The translations under genes and the position numbers were made by a program. From Candidatus Hermodarchaeota archaeon (GTDB lineage Archaea > Asgardarchaeota > Lokiarchaeia > Sigyniarchaeales > SOKP01): a DNA stretch of 64,000 nt. Positions 1 to 9,544 of this stretch are shown piece after piece; the stretch's first letter is position 1, and each line of letters begins with the position of its first letter. The DNA lies in NCBI GenBank assembly GCA_048885535.1, contig JBHLLO010000001.1, positions 1-64,000 of the forward strand, in the 5' to 3' direction. The notes under the pieces are model-generated. The model was not told the origin of the DNA, did no database searches, and saw only the letters and a list, made by a program, of their open reading frames with translations.

Positions 1-1118
1 CCTAAAACTGAGACATTCCATTGTACTTTATCAGTAGAGCTTAGAATATCAAATTCAGAATTTGCTAATAAATCAGATTTTGTATAATTTAGTTGAACGT
101 TGGTAACATTACAGGAAACACTCCACCATGCAGCTGATATTACAAAATTTAATCTATTTAATGATGTTGAATATGAGTCAATTGGATTCCAATATCCAGA
201 TCCATTTAGATTAGAATATCCATTAACTGCTGTGTTATTTATTTCTAAGCCGATAAAAGTTGGGTTTGGAATATTATCTAGAGGTGTTAACTCTACTAAA
301 CTCATATAATCACGGAATAAATATGTAACTGAAATTCCATCCCATGAATAAGCATCTGAGTTATCACCATTAGCGTCAGTTCTAAACCTCCATTCAACGA
401 GATCTGTAGGAGCTCCCATTGTTTTGTATAAACCTATAAACCATGTGTTATTTTCAGTTTTAGAATTGTTCAGTAATGTCTTTTTTAAATCAACCTGATT
501 CCAATTTGTATTAGGAGTAAAAGTAGTTATTTGATATTCAGAATCAGTATTTGGTTCACTTCTAGTACCGCTCCACGTAGAGTTATATAAATAAACACCA
601 ACTGTAGGACTATTTTCTACATATAAATTGAATGAAGCGTTTGCTAAATATCCCGTGCTAAGAATACTAAAAGATGTTAAAAAAGCAGCTCCTGCTAATG
701 AGGATCCGCTATCATGAGGAGTTTGATCTTCAATTATATAAGTTTTATTGGGTGCATAAATATTTTCAATAGTAACATTAATAAATGAGGTACTATAGCC
801 ATTAAAGTTAGGAAATGCTTCTTTAAAACTATTCGAAGTATCTATATCACTAAATTGAATAAGTGAAGTATTAATCAGAGATTGGTGTAATGTAACATTT
901 AATTGTTCTCCGTTTCCATTAAAATCTTGAGGCTCAGCTGATTTTAGTAATACCTTATTGAATTCTATCGGATCCTCCAAAGTCTCATTATCATTATACA
1001 AGTTTTTGTTTAAATCCAAAAGTAGGAAATTTTTACTAAAATTTAGTAGAATCATTCCAAAGAATAGAATAAGTAATAGAACCATCTGTTTATTTTTGTT
1101 ATATTTAAACGTTCTCAT
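1..1118 (-). CDS. Large secreted/cell-surface glycoprotein, 3'-truncated at window edge (not in ORF track)
   Basis: ATG at 1118, open frame to the window start: MRTFKYNKNKQMVLLLILFFGMILL... has a basic N-terminus plus hydrophobic signal/anchor, followed by N/S/T-rich beta-type sequence with many N-x-S/T sequons. Confidence 0.8.
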   Translation of the reverse strand, partial: MRTFKYNKNKQMVLLLILFFGMILLNFSKNFLLLDLNKNLYNDNETLEDPIEFNKVLLKSAEPQDFNGNGEQLNVTLHQSLINTSLIQFSDIDTSNSFKEAFPNFNGYSTSFINVTIENIYAPNKTYIIEDQTPHDSGSSLAGAAFLTSFSILSTGYLANASFNLYVENSPTVGVYLYNSTWSGTRSEPNTDSEYQITTFTPNTNWNQVDLKKTLLNNSKTENNTWFIGLYKTMGAPTDLVEWRFRTDANGDNSDAYSWDGISVTYLFRDYMSLVELTPLDNIPNPTFIGLEINNTAVNGYSNLNGSGYWNPIDSYSTSLNRLNFVISAAWWSVSCNVTNVQLNYTKSDLLANSEFDILSSTDKVQWNVSVL

Positions 1119-1293
1119 GTTTATCAAATGTTAATTTCTAATTTTATAATTTTGCATTAAGTATTTAAAAATAATAATCTTGAATGATCAATTTATATTT
1201 TCTTATTTTCCCACTTTTGCTTTTATAATATTTCAAAATTAGTTGAGATAATCTGTATCCATTAAAAACAAGTTTTGCTTAAAAAAATAAGAA

Positions 1294-1992
1294 TTATTCT
1301 TTCTTTTCTGGTTTTTTTAGTATTATTCTAGCGTCCACGCAAACTAAACCTTCACTGTAGATGAAAACTGGATTTAAATCCATCTCATTTATTGTTTCAT
1401 ATTTAATAACAAGTTCTGATATCTTTAACAAGGTTTGAATTATAGCATTTAAATCTGCTTTTGGTTTACCGCGATAACCATCTAATAACGGAAAGCCCTT
1501 AATTTCATGTATCATTTCCTTTGCATCATATTCAGTAATAGGAGCAATTCGAAAACTTACGTCCTCTAAAAGCTCAACTAATATCCCTCCTACTCCAAAC
1601 ATGACATATGGACCGAATTGAGCATCTGTTCCCATTCCAATTATTAATTCAGTAATAGGTTCATTTGCCATTTTCTGAACTGATATCAACTTCTCTTTTT
1701 GGGAAGGAATCTTCATTAGTTCATCAAAGGTTCTCTTTACATCTTCTTCGTTATTAACATTCAGTTTTACAGCACCAGTATCAGATTTATGTACAACATC
1801 TTCAGCTATTAACTTCAAAACAACAGGGAAGCCAATCTCTTTTGCGGCAGAAATTGTATCCTCTTTTGAAGAGTTCAAACGGTGTTCAGGAATTGCAATC
1901 CCTATTTCTTTTAGTAATTCTTTAGACTCAAACTCTGTAAGAACAGTTTGATTATCTTGGAGTTTCTTGTTCAAAAACTCTTGAATATTCAT
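1294..1992 (-). CDS. acdB: Acetate/acyl-CoA ligase (ADP-forming) beta subunit, ATP-grasp
   Basis: LTEFESKELL, GFPVVLK, HKSDTGAV, FGPYVMFGVGGILVELLEDVSFR, EMDLNP, VDARI motifs. Confidence 0.9.
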   Translation of the reverse strand: MNIQEFLNKKLQDNQTVLTEFESKELLKEIGIAIPEHRLNSSKEDTISAAKEIGFPVVLKLIAEDVVHKSDTGAVKLNVNNEEDVKRTFDELMKIPSQKEKLISVQKMANEPITELIIGMGTDAQFGPYVMFGVGGILVELLEDVSFRIAPITEYDAKEMIHEIKGFPLLDGYRGKPKADLNAIIQTLLKISELVIKYETINEMDLNPVFIYSEGLVCVDARIILKKPEKKE

Positions 1993-2126
1993 CGAAATTA
2001 TCTCTCTAATAATTAGGAATATGGAAGTTTAATGTGAATTAGAATTTTAAAAAGAATATAAAATTAATGAAAAGAGTTAAAAAAAAGTAATTTATTATAT
2101 TTTTAATCAGTAGTTAATCCACAATT

Positions 2127-3191
2127 ATGTCCAAGGAAGAAAATATAAGAATTTTACTAAAAAATTTTGTTGAATCTCAAAATGATATAGAGATTGCGTT
2201 TGTTTATTCAAATCAAGGATTACTCATATCTAAATATGGAAGATTAGAAAAAGACGCAATTAATGAAGAAAAAATTGATGAAATCTATGGTGCCCTTACA
2301 AGCTTAGTGGAAAAACTGCTTGAGAAAATCTCCTTGGAGTATAAGATTGGCAGTGGTTCATTTGAAACTTCAGATCATAGAATTGTTTATCTTGAAGCAG
2401 GGCCAGATGCTATATTATTGTTAGTATGTAATTATTTAATAAATCTAAATAATTTATTTCCAATTGCTTTTTTGGTTGTCGAAAAAATCACACAATTATT
2501 AGAAGATAGCTTTGATTTCAATTTTAATACACTAGAAATTCCTGATTTAAAAATGCAAGAAAATATATCAGTATCATTAAATAAATTTGCTTTGGATCAG
2601 TCAAATGGAGAAACAATAGGAATTAAACCTATTCATCACATAAAAAAAGAAAAAAAAATAGAACAACAATTTAAACTTATTATTTTGGGTTCTGCTGCTG
2701 TAGGGAAAACAACACTTGTAAACAGATTTTTGAAAAAAGACCAAAAATTGGATCTCCGCCCGACAATTGGCATTTCAATCTCAACACAGAATTATCATTT
2801 TCAAGGTTTTAAAGAGGATATTATTAAATTTTTAATTTATGATCTTGCTGGTCAAGATTTTTTTAAAAGGGTTAGACATGATTATTATATAGCGGCTAAT
2901 TGTGCATTCATAGTTTATGATGTTACTCGTAAAAATACGTTTGAAGAAGCAGTAAATTTTTGGTTTAAAGATGCTCGTCAAGAGTTAGGAGATATCCCTT
3001 TTATTCTGATTGGAAATAAAACGGATCTAGAAGAAAGCCGCGAAGTATCAAGAGAGGAGGGATTAGAAATGGCGCAAACATTAAAAACTTCCTTTATTGA
3101 GACTTCGGCATTACATAATATCAATGTACAAGATACATTTAAAATAGTTGGAATTGGCTTGCTTTTTAAATATATTGAAAAGGATAGATAA
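2127..3191 (+). CDS. Roadblock/LAMTOR-like domain fused to Rab-like small GTPase
   Basis: N-terminal ~125 aa roadblock-like pattern (IAFVYSNQGLLISKY...GALTSLVEKL...IVYLEAGPDAILLLV); C-terminal G1 GSAAVGKT, G2 PTIG, G3 DLAGQ, G4 NKTD, G5 SAL. Confidence 0.85.
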   Translation: MSKEENIRILLKNFVESQNDIEIAFVYSNQGLLISKYGRLEKDAINEEKIDEIYGALTSLVEKLLEKISLEYKIGSGSFETSDHRIVYLEAGPDAILLLVCNYLINLNNLFPIAFLVVEKITQLLEDSFDFNFNTLEIPDLKMQENISVSLNKFALDQSNGETIGIKPIHHIKKEKKIEQQFKLIILGSAAVGKTTLVNRFLKKDQKLDLRPTIGISISTQNYHFQGFKEDIIKFLIYDLAGQDFFKRVRHDYYIAANCAFIVYDVTRKNTFEEAVNFWFKDARQELGDIPFILIGNKTDLEESREVSREEGLEMAQTLKTSFIETSALHNINVQDTFKIVGIGLLFKYIEKDR

Positions 3192-3222
3192 AAATTAGAA
3201 AAATAAAAGGGATAAATTATCT

Positions 3223-6090
3223 TTATTTTGTCCTGGCTTTAATTCCTTTCTTCCTCCTTAAACGCCATTTACGAATTTCATCAATAACAGATACACTAAA
3301 AGCACCAAGGAAAAGAGTAATCCAGTAATAGGGATGATAAATTGGAATAACATGAAAAGCTAATCCGATAGGAGTGAACAGAATTAAAAATTGTAATCCT
3401 AGAGAAAGACCCGTAGCCCAGAATAAATGTTTATTTGGAAAAAGATAGAATGGTTTTATGTTAGACGTACAAGTGTAGACAAACATTAATTCACATATTA
3501 CCAAATTAGTAAACACTATTGTTTGAGCCAGTGATATCGCATAGAAATTGGCAGATGGCCAAAATGCTGGATCAACAATAGTTGGATCAAATCCCACTAA
3601 ATTTGGATCAATACCAGCAGTAGCCCAAGCAGGAATTAAGACAGTCCATAAAAGCAAATACAGCGAAATGTCTGTTATGGATGTGTAAATACCAAGAAGT
3701 AATACGGGACCTTTAATTTCTGGAAGCAATGTAAATCCTTTACGCGGCTCTTCTTTCATTACATCAGGATCTGTAGGTGTTAAACCAAGGACCATAGCAG
3801 GTATACCATCAGTTGCAATGTTAAGCCATAAAATTTGTATTGGAACCACTGGAATCGCTAAAAATACTAAAGGAAATAACTTCATAACTATATACGCTGT
3901 AAGTATCAAAAATATTTCATCAAAGTTAGTGCTTAGCATATAACGGAAAAATCCTTTGGTAGTTTCAAAGATCCCTCGACCCTCTTCAATAGCATTTACA
4001 ATAGTAGCGTAATTATCATCAATTAGTATCATGTCAGACGCCTCTTGAGTCACTTCTGTACCTTTAAGCCCCATAGCTACACCTACATGCGCCCCCTTAA
4101 CTGCTGGTGCATCATTTACTCCATCACCCGTCATTGAAACAATTAACCCTAAATCTTTTAGTCTTCTTAATATTCGTAATTTATGTGCAGAACTAACTCT
4201 TGCAAAAACATCTACTGTTTTAACCTTCTCTAATAATTCGTCATCCCCCATTTCTTCTAATTCTGAACCTGTAATCGCTTCCTCTGTGTCTGTTAAACCT
4301 ATTTGTTGAGCAATTGCCATTGCCGTAATTTTATGATCCCCAGTTATCATGATCGTTCTAATTCCTGCCATTCTCGCTTCCTCTATTGAATCTTTAACTT
4401 CATCTCGGGCTGGATCAATTATTCCCACTAAACCAAGATAGATATAATCTTGCTCTAAATCTTCTTCATTATATCCTTCATCTATTGGTTTATAAGCTAC
4501 ACCAAGTACTCTCAATGCATTCTTTGCAAACTCTTCATTTTTATCTAAAATCACATCTTTCACTTCATCAATTGGTTTTACTATTCCATCATAGAGCCCA
4601 TGGCTCGCATTTTTTAATAAAACATCAGGAGCACCTTTAATCAAAGAATAAAGTTTATTATCCATCCGTACTGCTACTGACATCATTTTCCTATCAGAAT
4701 TGAAAGGTATTTCATCAATTTTCTCAGCCTTAGAATCTAAATTCATTTTTATTGCTAAGATTTTCATGGAGATTTCAGTAGGATCTCCAACGACATCAGT
4801 ATTATTTGTTCCATCTTCTCTAAGAGAAACATTTGAATTATTACAAAATAAACAAACTTCTAAGAATCTCTTTAAGTTTTCAGTTAATTCAACTTCTTTA
4901 TTCTCTTTATCAACAATCTTACCTTCAATAGCATAACCAACACCCTCTACAGAATAAATCTCCCCTCCAAGAAATATTTTTACAACAGTCATTTCATTTT
5001 TGGTTAGAGTTCCTGTTTTATCTGAACAGATTACGTTAACCCTGCCTAACGTTTCCACAGCAGTGAGTTTTCTTACTAGAGCATTTTTATCGGCCATCTT
5101 TCTCATACCAATACTCATAACTACAGTAATTACAACTATAAGACCTTCAGGAACAGCAGATACTGCTAGACTAATCGCAATCTCAAATGCTTCAATTATT
5201 TCATTAATTTCAGCCTCTCCAAATGAAAAACCTTCAGTAGCAAGGATTATAATTAATTCAGTAACAAACACAGCTAAGCAAATGATGATTATTACTATTC
5301 CTAAAAGTTTTCCAAATCTATTGACCTCTTGCTGGAAAGGACTAAGTTCCATTTCCTCTTCCTGTAAACTTTCTGCTATTCTGCCGATTTCAGTTTTCAT
5401 TCCAGTTCCAATAACGATACCTTCTCCATTTCCTCTTGTAATTATAGTATTCATGTATCCTAAATTTGTTCTATCAGCTAGTATCATTTTCTTTTCGACA
5501 GGTGTTATATGTTTTTTAACTGGTTTTGATTCACCTGTTAATATTGCCTCATCCACATATAATGAAAATTCCTTATATATACGGATATCAGCTGGAAATT
5601 TATCACCTTCTTCTATTAACACAATATCTCCAGGTACTAAGTCTTCAACATCAATTTCCATTACTCTACCATTCCTTCTAACTTTAGCGATATGTGGTGC
5701 TAACTTCTTCAAACTTTCAAGAGCTTTTTCAGCTTGATACTCTTGATAAAATCCAAGTATAGCATTTACAATTAGTATAGCAACAATTACGACTGCATCA
5801 GTATATTCTGAGGGCCATGGTACACCGCTAGTAGAAGCTTCATAAATTCCTATAATGATTGAAATAATAATTGCAAAAATTAAGAGATAGATTAAGAAAT
5901 CTTTAAACTGACTTATAAAAATCTGCCAAGCAGTTTTTCCTCTCTCTTTAATCAATTCATTTCTACCATAAACTTCAAGTCTTTTTTGGGCTTCAGTTTC
6001 ATTTAAACCATTATTAATTGATGTTTGTAGTGATTTCTCTGTCTCTTCATAAGTAATAGCATGTGGGTAAAAATCCTTTAGTTCAAGCAT
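3223..6090 (-). CDS. Cation-transporting P-type ATPase, type II (Ca2+-ATPase-like)
   Basis: TGES, PEGL, phosphorylation motif DKTGTLT, KGAPD, MITGD, TGDGVNDAPA, about 10 TM helices. Confidence 0.95.
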   Translation of the reverse strand: MLELKDFYPHAITYEETEKSLQTSINNGLNETEAQKRLEVYGRNELIKERGKTAWQIFISQFKDFLIYLLIFAIIISIIIGIYEASTSGVPWPSEYTDAVVIVAILIVNAILGFYQEYQAEKALESLKKLAPHIAKVRRNGRVMEIDVEDLVPGDIVLIEEGDKFPADIRIYKEFSLYVDEAILTGESKPVKKHITPVEKKMILADRTNLGYMNTIITRGNGEGIVIGTGMKTEIGRIAESLQEEEMELSPFQQEVNRFGKLLGIVIIIICLAVFVTELIIILATEGFSFGEAEINEIIEAFEIAISLAVSAVPEGLIVVITVVMSIGMRKMADKNALVRKLTAVETLGRVNVICSDKTGTLTKNEMTVVKIFLGGEIYSVEGVGYAIEGKIVDKENKEVELTENLKRFLEVCLFCNNSNVSLREDGTNNTDVVGDPTEISMKILAIKMNLDSKAEKIDEIPFNSDRKMMSVAVRMDNKLYSLIKGAPDVLLKNASHGLYDGIVKPIDEVKDVILDKNEEFAKNALRVLGVAYKPIDEGYNEEDLEQDYIYLGLVGIIDPARDEVKDSIEEARMAGIRTIMITGDHKITAMAIAQQIGLTDTEEAITGSELEEMGDDELLEKVKTVDVFARVSSAHKLRILRRLKDLGLIVSMTGDGVNDAPAVKGAHVGVAMGLKGTEVTQEASDMILIDDNYATIVNAIEEGRGIFETTKGFFRYMLSTNFDEIFLILTAYIVMKLFPLVFLAIPVVPIQILWLNIATDGIPAMVLGLTPTDPDVMKEEPRKGFTLLPEIKGPVLLLGIYTSITDISLYLLLWTVLIPAWATAGIDPNLVGFDPTIVDPAFWPSANFYAISLAQTIVFTNLVICELMFVYTCTSNIKPFYLFPNKHLFWATGLSLGLQFLILFTPIGLAFHVIPIYHPYYWITLFLGAFSVSVIDEIRKWRLRRKKGIKARTK

Positions 6091-6243
6091 TTTAAAATCA
6101 TTCTTTTTATTTTTTTAAAAAAGTAATATTAGATTATAAAATAAATATTCTCAAAAAACTTTAGTTTTTTACTTATAACTTATAAAATAGATTACAAAAA
6201 AAAAATTCCCAAAGATAAATACATTTAGGATGTTTTGAAACGT

Positions 6244-6870
6244 CTATCTTTTAATTCTTAGTATTAACTCTGAAACTCTTTTTCCTAAGTCCTTTGCAAT
6301 TAAACCAGCAGCTTCGTCATTTTCCTCTTTCCCTAAAAACTCTTTTAAGGTGTATTTTTGTAAACTTGATATGGGAATGTTTCCCTCAATTATAGGAGAA
6401 CCTAGGGTGTTCCCTACAATAATCATACCTTGGATAAGAGCAAAATTAATCAAATCTGAAATCACTCCTTCTCCTCCATTTCTTAGACCAGTAGCTGCCA
6501 ATGGAGCAAATATAACGTCTCTTAAAAGATAGTTTTTCATTTTCCATGGTCTTGACCTATCTATTAATGCTTTTATTTGGGAACTGACTGAACCAAAATA
6601 ATTTGGAGCTGCGATTAATAGAGCGACTGATCCTAGAATAATATCTTCTAAAATTTTCATATCATCATTTTCAGTCAGTGGACAATCATTAGGAGGTCTT
6701 AAACACTGATCACATCCGTTACAGGGAGTTATTCTGTAATCAGATATTTGAATTTTCTCAATCTGAAAACTCTGAGACACAGATTTAATTCCCTCTATAG
6801 CTTGATCAATTAAAAAATTACAACTTTTCTTCTTTCTAGGGGATCCAACAATAAGAGTAATTTTTTCCAA
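6244..6870 (-). CDS. Iron-sulfur flavoprotein / NADPH-dependent FMN reductase (flavodoxin-like)
   Basis: GSPRK, CNGCDQC-x6-C cluster motif, APNYFGSVSSQIKALIDR. Confidence 0.85.
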   Translation of the reverse strand: MEKITLIVGSPRKKKSCNFLIDQAIEGIKSVSQSFQIEKIQISDYRITPCNGCDQCLRPPNDCPLTENDDMKILEDIILGSVALLIAAPNYFGSVSSQIKALIDRSRPWKMKNYLLRDVIFAPLAATGLRNGGEGVISDLINFALIQGMIIVGNTLGSPIIEGNIPISSLQKYTLKEFLGKEENDEAAGLIAKDLGKRVSELILRIKR

Positions 6871-6975
6871 CTTTTCTATTCTCTCTTGATATAGTTTATA
6901 ATATCTAATGTGAATTCTATAGTATTATTCACTTAGACTATAAATGTACAAAATATGGATTAAAATAAATATTTA

Positions 6976-7791
6976 ATGTGTAATATCACATTTAAATTTG
7001 TAATCGCCCTAATTAAATATAATAAGAATGTATTTCATCTTTTCGATAAAGATAATATGAGTTTTAAAGAAGACCTTGAAAAATATGAACTGAAAAATGA
7101 TTTAATTGATGAACTTCAGTTGTACAAATCAATGGCTTCTAAAAAAATTGAAAATCATGAGTTCAAATATGCACTGGAGAAAATTGAATCAGCTATAACT
7201 TTGATTAAAGAAAATCAACAAATCTATGATTTAGATTCAGAACTTTCAGAATTTCACACTTTACGTGAAGAAGTAATTATCGAGATTGTTAATTATCAGA
7301 AATTTTATCATAGACGTTATTATAATTTATTAAAAGAAACTCTGACAGAATCCAATATAGAAAATTTTTCAAGACTATTAGCAATGTTAAAAAATGAAGT
7401 AGATAGAAATATAAACAACTACAATCTCAAGGAATTATCTAACGAAATAAACAAACACTTCGTCTACTTAAAAAAATTATATGCAATAATTAGTTCTTAT
7501 AAGGTTTTACACTATAGAGGAGCTTTAGATAAAATATTAGAATTTGTTAAATTAATTAAAAATGATAATTGTCCAAATTTTAAGGCTTTGATTTTTAATA
7601 TCTATCAAAATTTACTCAATCGCCAATTCTATGCCTTTGCGAAACAATACCCCAAATTAACTCTTATAGAATTATCAGAAAGACTTGCTATTAACCAAGA
7701 AAGTCTAACTAATTTCTTAGATATAATAATGAAAGATCCTAGTTGCCCAATAAAAAAATTTAATACTTATACTCAAGAAGTGATCTTTTAA
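6976..7791 (+). CDS. Helical-repeat protein with C-terminal PCI-like winged helix (true start may be ATG at 7057)
   Basis: All-alpha N-terminus; C-terminal YPKLTLIELSERLAINQESLTNFLDIIMKD...IKKFNTYTQEVIF follows the PCI consensus pattern. Confidence 0.6.
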   Translation: MCNITFKFVIALIKYNKNVFHLFDKDNMSFKEDLEKYELKNDLIDELQLYKSMASKKIENHEFKYALEKIESAITLIKENQQIYDLDSELSEFHTLREEVIIEIVNYQKFYHRRYYNLLKETLTESNIENFSRLLAMLKNEVDRNINNYNLKELSNEINKHFVYLKKLYAIISSYKVLHYRGALDKILEFVKLIKNDNCPNFKALIFNIYQNLLNRQFYAFAKQYPKLTLIELSERLAINQESLTNFLDIIMKDPSCPIKKFNTYTQEVIF

Positions 7792-7792
7792 T

Positions 7793-8716
7793 TCATAACC
7801 CTCGGTAAAATTCAGGTCTTAGGATTTCCGGATGAGTCAACCCATAATTTATTGTATCTAAAATAATTTCTTTATCTCTTTCAAGTTTACCTTTAATTGG
7901 CAAGAAATTTGAAGCATGATTGCTCCTAAATACACAATTTGCATTTTTATTTTTGAAATTGATACTCTTTATGAATAGTTTTAATTCATGGAGGATTTCC
8001 ATTGAGTCCATTTCTTTAAAATCTCCCTTCTGTTGTTTCTCATATATCACAGTACCAAGAGGGATCATTAAAGTTAAAAATGCTATATACCATATCCTAT
8101 CATCTGATGGGCAAATCTTATTTACCAAATCAGCAGATTCAACTGCATGCTTTTCTGAAACCTCAGGATTACCGGATCCGCCGAGTCCATTTATGAAAGT
8201 GGCTGATAGCGTAATATTTGCTTTCATGAGTTTTTCTGATGCCTTAATATAATCTTCTTTGGTAGCATGCTTATTAACATCCTTCAATAAAGCATCATAA
8301 CCTGACTCAAAACCTACATAAGCAATTTTTAGACCAGCATCAGATAATAATTTTAATTGGGTGTCTGATTTCTTTATTATATCAATTGCATGAGCATAAA
8401 CGCCCACTCTTTCTAGGTTTGGAAAAATTTCCATTGCATATTTAGTTAGCTCAAGTAACTTCTCTGTTGGAGTAACCATAGCATTCCCATCTAGAAAGAA
8501 AATTTTATCTATGGAGGAACTATATTGTTTCCACGCAATACGAAGATCCATTTTAACATCTTCAACCTTTCTAATTTTGAAGTTTTTTCGAAGATTTGAA
8601 ACGCAAAAATCGCATTTAAAAGTGCAACCTTCCGTTAATTGGATTAATAAAGAATTTGCTTCACTAGGAGGCCGAAAAACGGGATGACAATAATATATGT
8701 TTTCCTTTCTATTCAT
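7793..8716 (-). CDS. Radical SAM protein
   Basis: RPPSEANS, CTFKCDFC (CxxxCxxC), YVGFESG, NHASN. Confidence 0.9.
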   Translation of the reverse strand: MNRKENIYYCHPVFRPPSEANSLLIQLTEGCTFKCDFCVSNLRKNFKIRKVEDVKMDLRIAWKQYSSSIDKIFFLDGNAMVTPTEKLLELTKYAMEIFPNLERVGVYAHAIDIIKKSDTQLKLLSDAGLKIAYVGFESGYDALLKDVNKHATKEDYIKASEKLMKANITLSATFINGLGGSGNPEVSEKHAVESADLVNKICPSDDRIWYIAFLTLMIPLGTVIYEKQQKGDFKEMDSMEILHELKLFIKSINFKNKNANCVFRSNHASNFLPIKGKLERDKEIILDTINYGLTHPEILRPEFYRGL

Positions 8717-8765
8717 AATTTACAAAATGATAATAAAGTTCTTAATATCGTCAAGTAGTTTTATT

Positions 8766-9467
8766 TTAATCTTGATCTTCTTCCTCTATTTCTTCATCCT
8801 CTTGCGGTCTCTTAGGGCATGAATTAAGGTGTCTTCCTAATCTAACAAATTCTTTACCACAATAAGGGCATATCTTCTTATCTTTTCCCTCATCTGCTTC
8901 AGACTTAGATTGTTTGGCTTTAAGTTTTTTTTTCTTCTTTTTGCGAGGTAGTATGTCGTCAATACTAACATCATCAGGGGCAAGTTCGCAAGATGGAATA
9001 TGTGCTCTTAAATCATCAAAAATTTCCCCACAAAAAGGACATTCTAAATCACCAAATTCCTGAGAAACACTTACTTCATCTTTTCCAACTTTACGTTTTT
9101 CAAATTTTAAGGGTTCTTCCTCCTCTTCTTCCTCAAATTCATCACTAGTTAAATCAATTTCATCTTCTCCAGTTAGTTCTTTGTATTCAAAGTCTTCTAA
9201 CTCAATCTTTTTTTCTAAAATCTTTTTTTCTGCGATCTTTCTACTTTCTTCATAAATTTCTTGTGTCTTTCGGTTAGATTTAGCTGGTTCATAAATCTCA
9301 CATACTTGGCACACATAAGCTCTTTTGCCAAGAACTAAATCTCTTGTTGGGCAAAAACACAAAGGTTGAAGGCTATTAGAAATATTACCTAATGGTTCTA
9401 AGTGTTTACAAACCAATTTTCTAGAATATTTAATTTTTTGCTTTCGACGTGGTATAATAATCACCAA
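8766..9467 (-). CDS. Zinc-finger protein with two C2HC (UBZ-like) fingers, acidic and poly-Lys tracts
   Basis: CPFCGEIFDDLRAHIPSC and CPYCGKEFVRLGRHLNSC; an additional N-terminal Cys/His cluster (CKH..CFC..CQVC). Confidence 0.7.
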   Translation of the reverse strand: MVIIIPRRKQKIKYSRKLVCKHLEPLGNISNSLQPLCFCPTRDLVLGKRAYVCQVCEIYEPAKSNRKTQEIYEESRKIAEKKILEKKIELEDFEYKELTGEDEIDLTSDEFEEEEEEEPLKFEKRKVGKDEVSVSQEFGDLECPFCGEIFDDLRAHIPSCELAPDDVSIDDILPRKKKKKKLKAKQSKSEADEGKDKKICPYCGKEFVRLGRHLNSCPKRPQEDEEIEEEDQD

Positions 9468-9544
9468 AAGAAGTGATTATAATAATATACCTTAAAATTT
9501 ATTCTTTTTTATTCTAAAAAGGTGAAAATATCTTAAAGTTAAGA

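Noticed and set aside
100-309. 69-aa plus-strand ORF
   Set aside because: Antisense shadow of the long minus-strand secreted-protein frame (1-1118)
4700-5737. Plus-strand ORFs of 78 and 245 aa
   Set aside because: Antisense shadows of the P-type ATPase with no motifs; the same applies to the other short track ORFs nested in or opposite confident genes (e.g. 7920, 17788, 46552, 55394)
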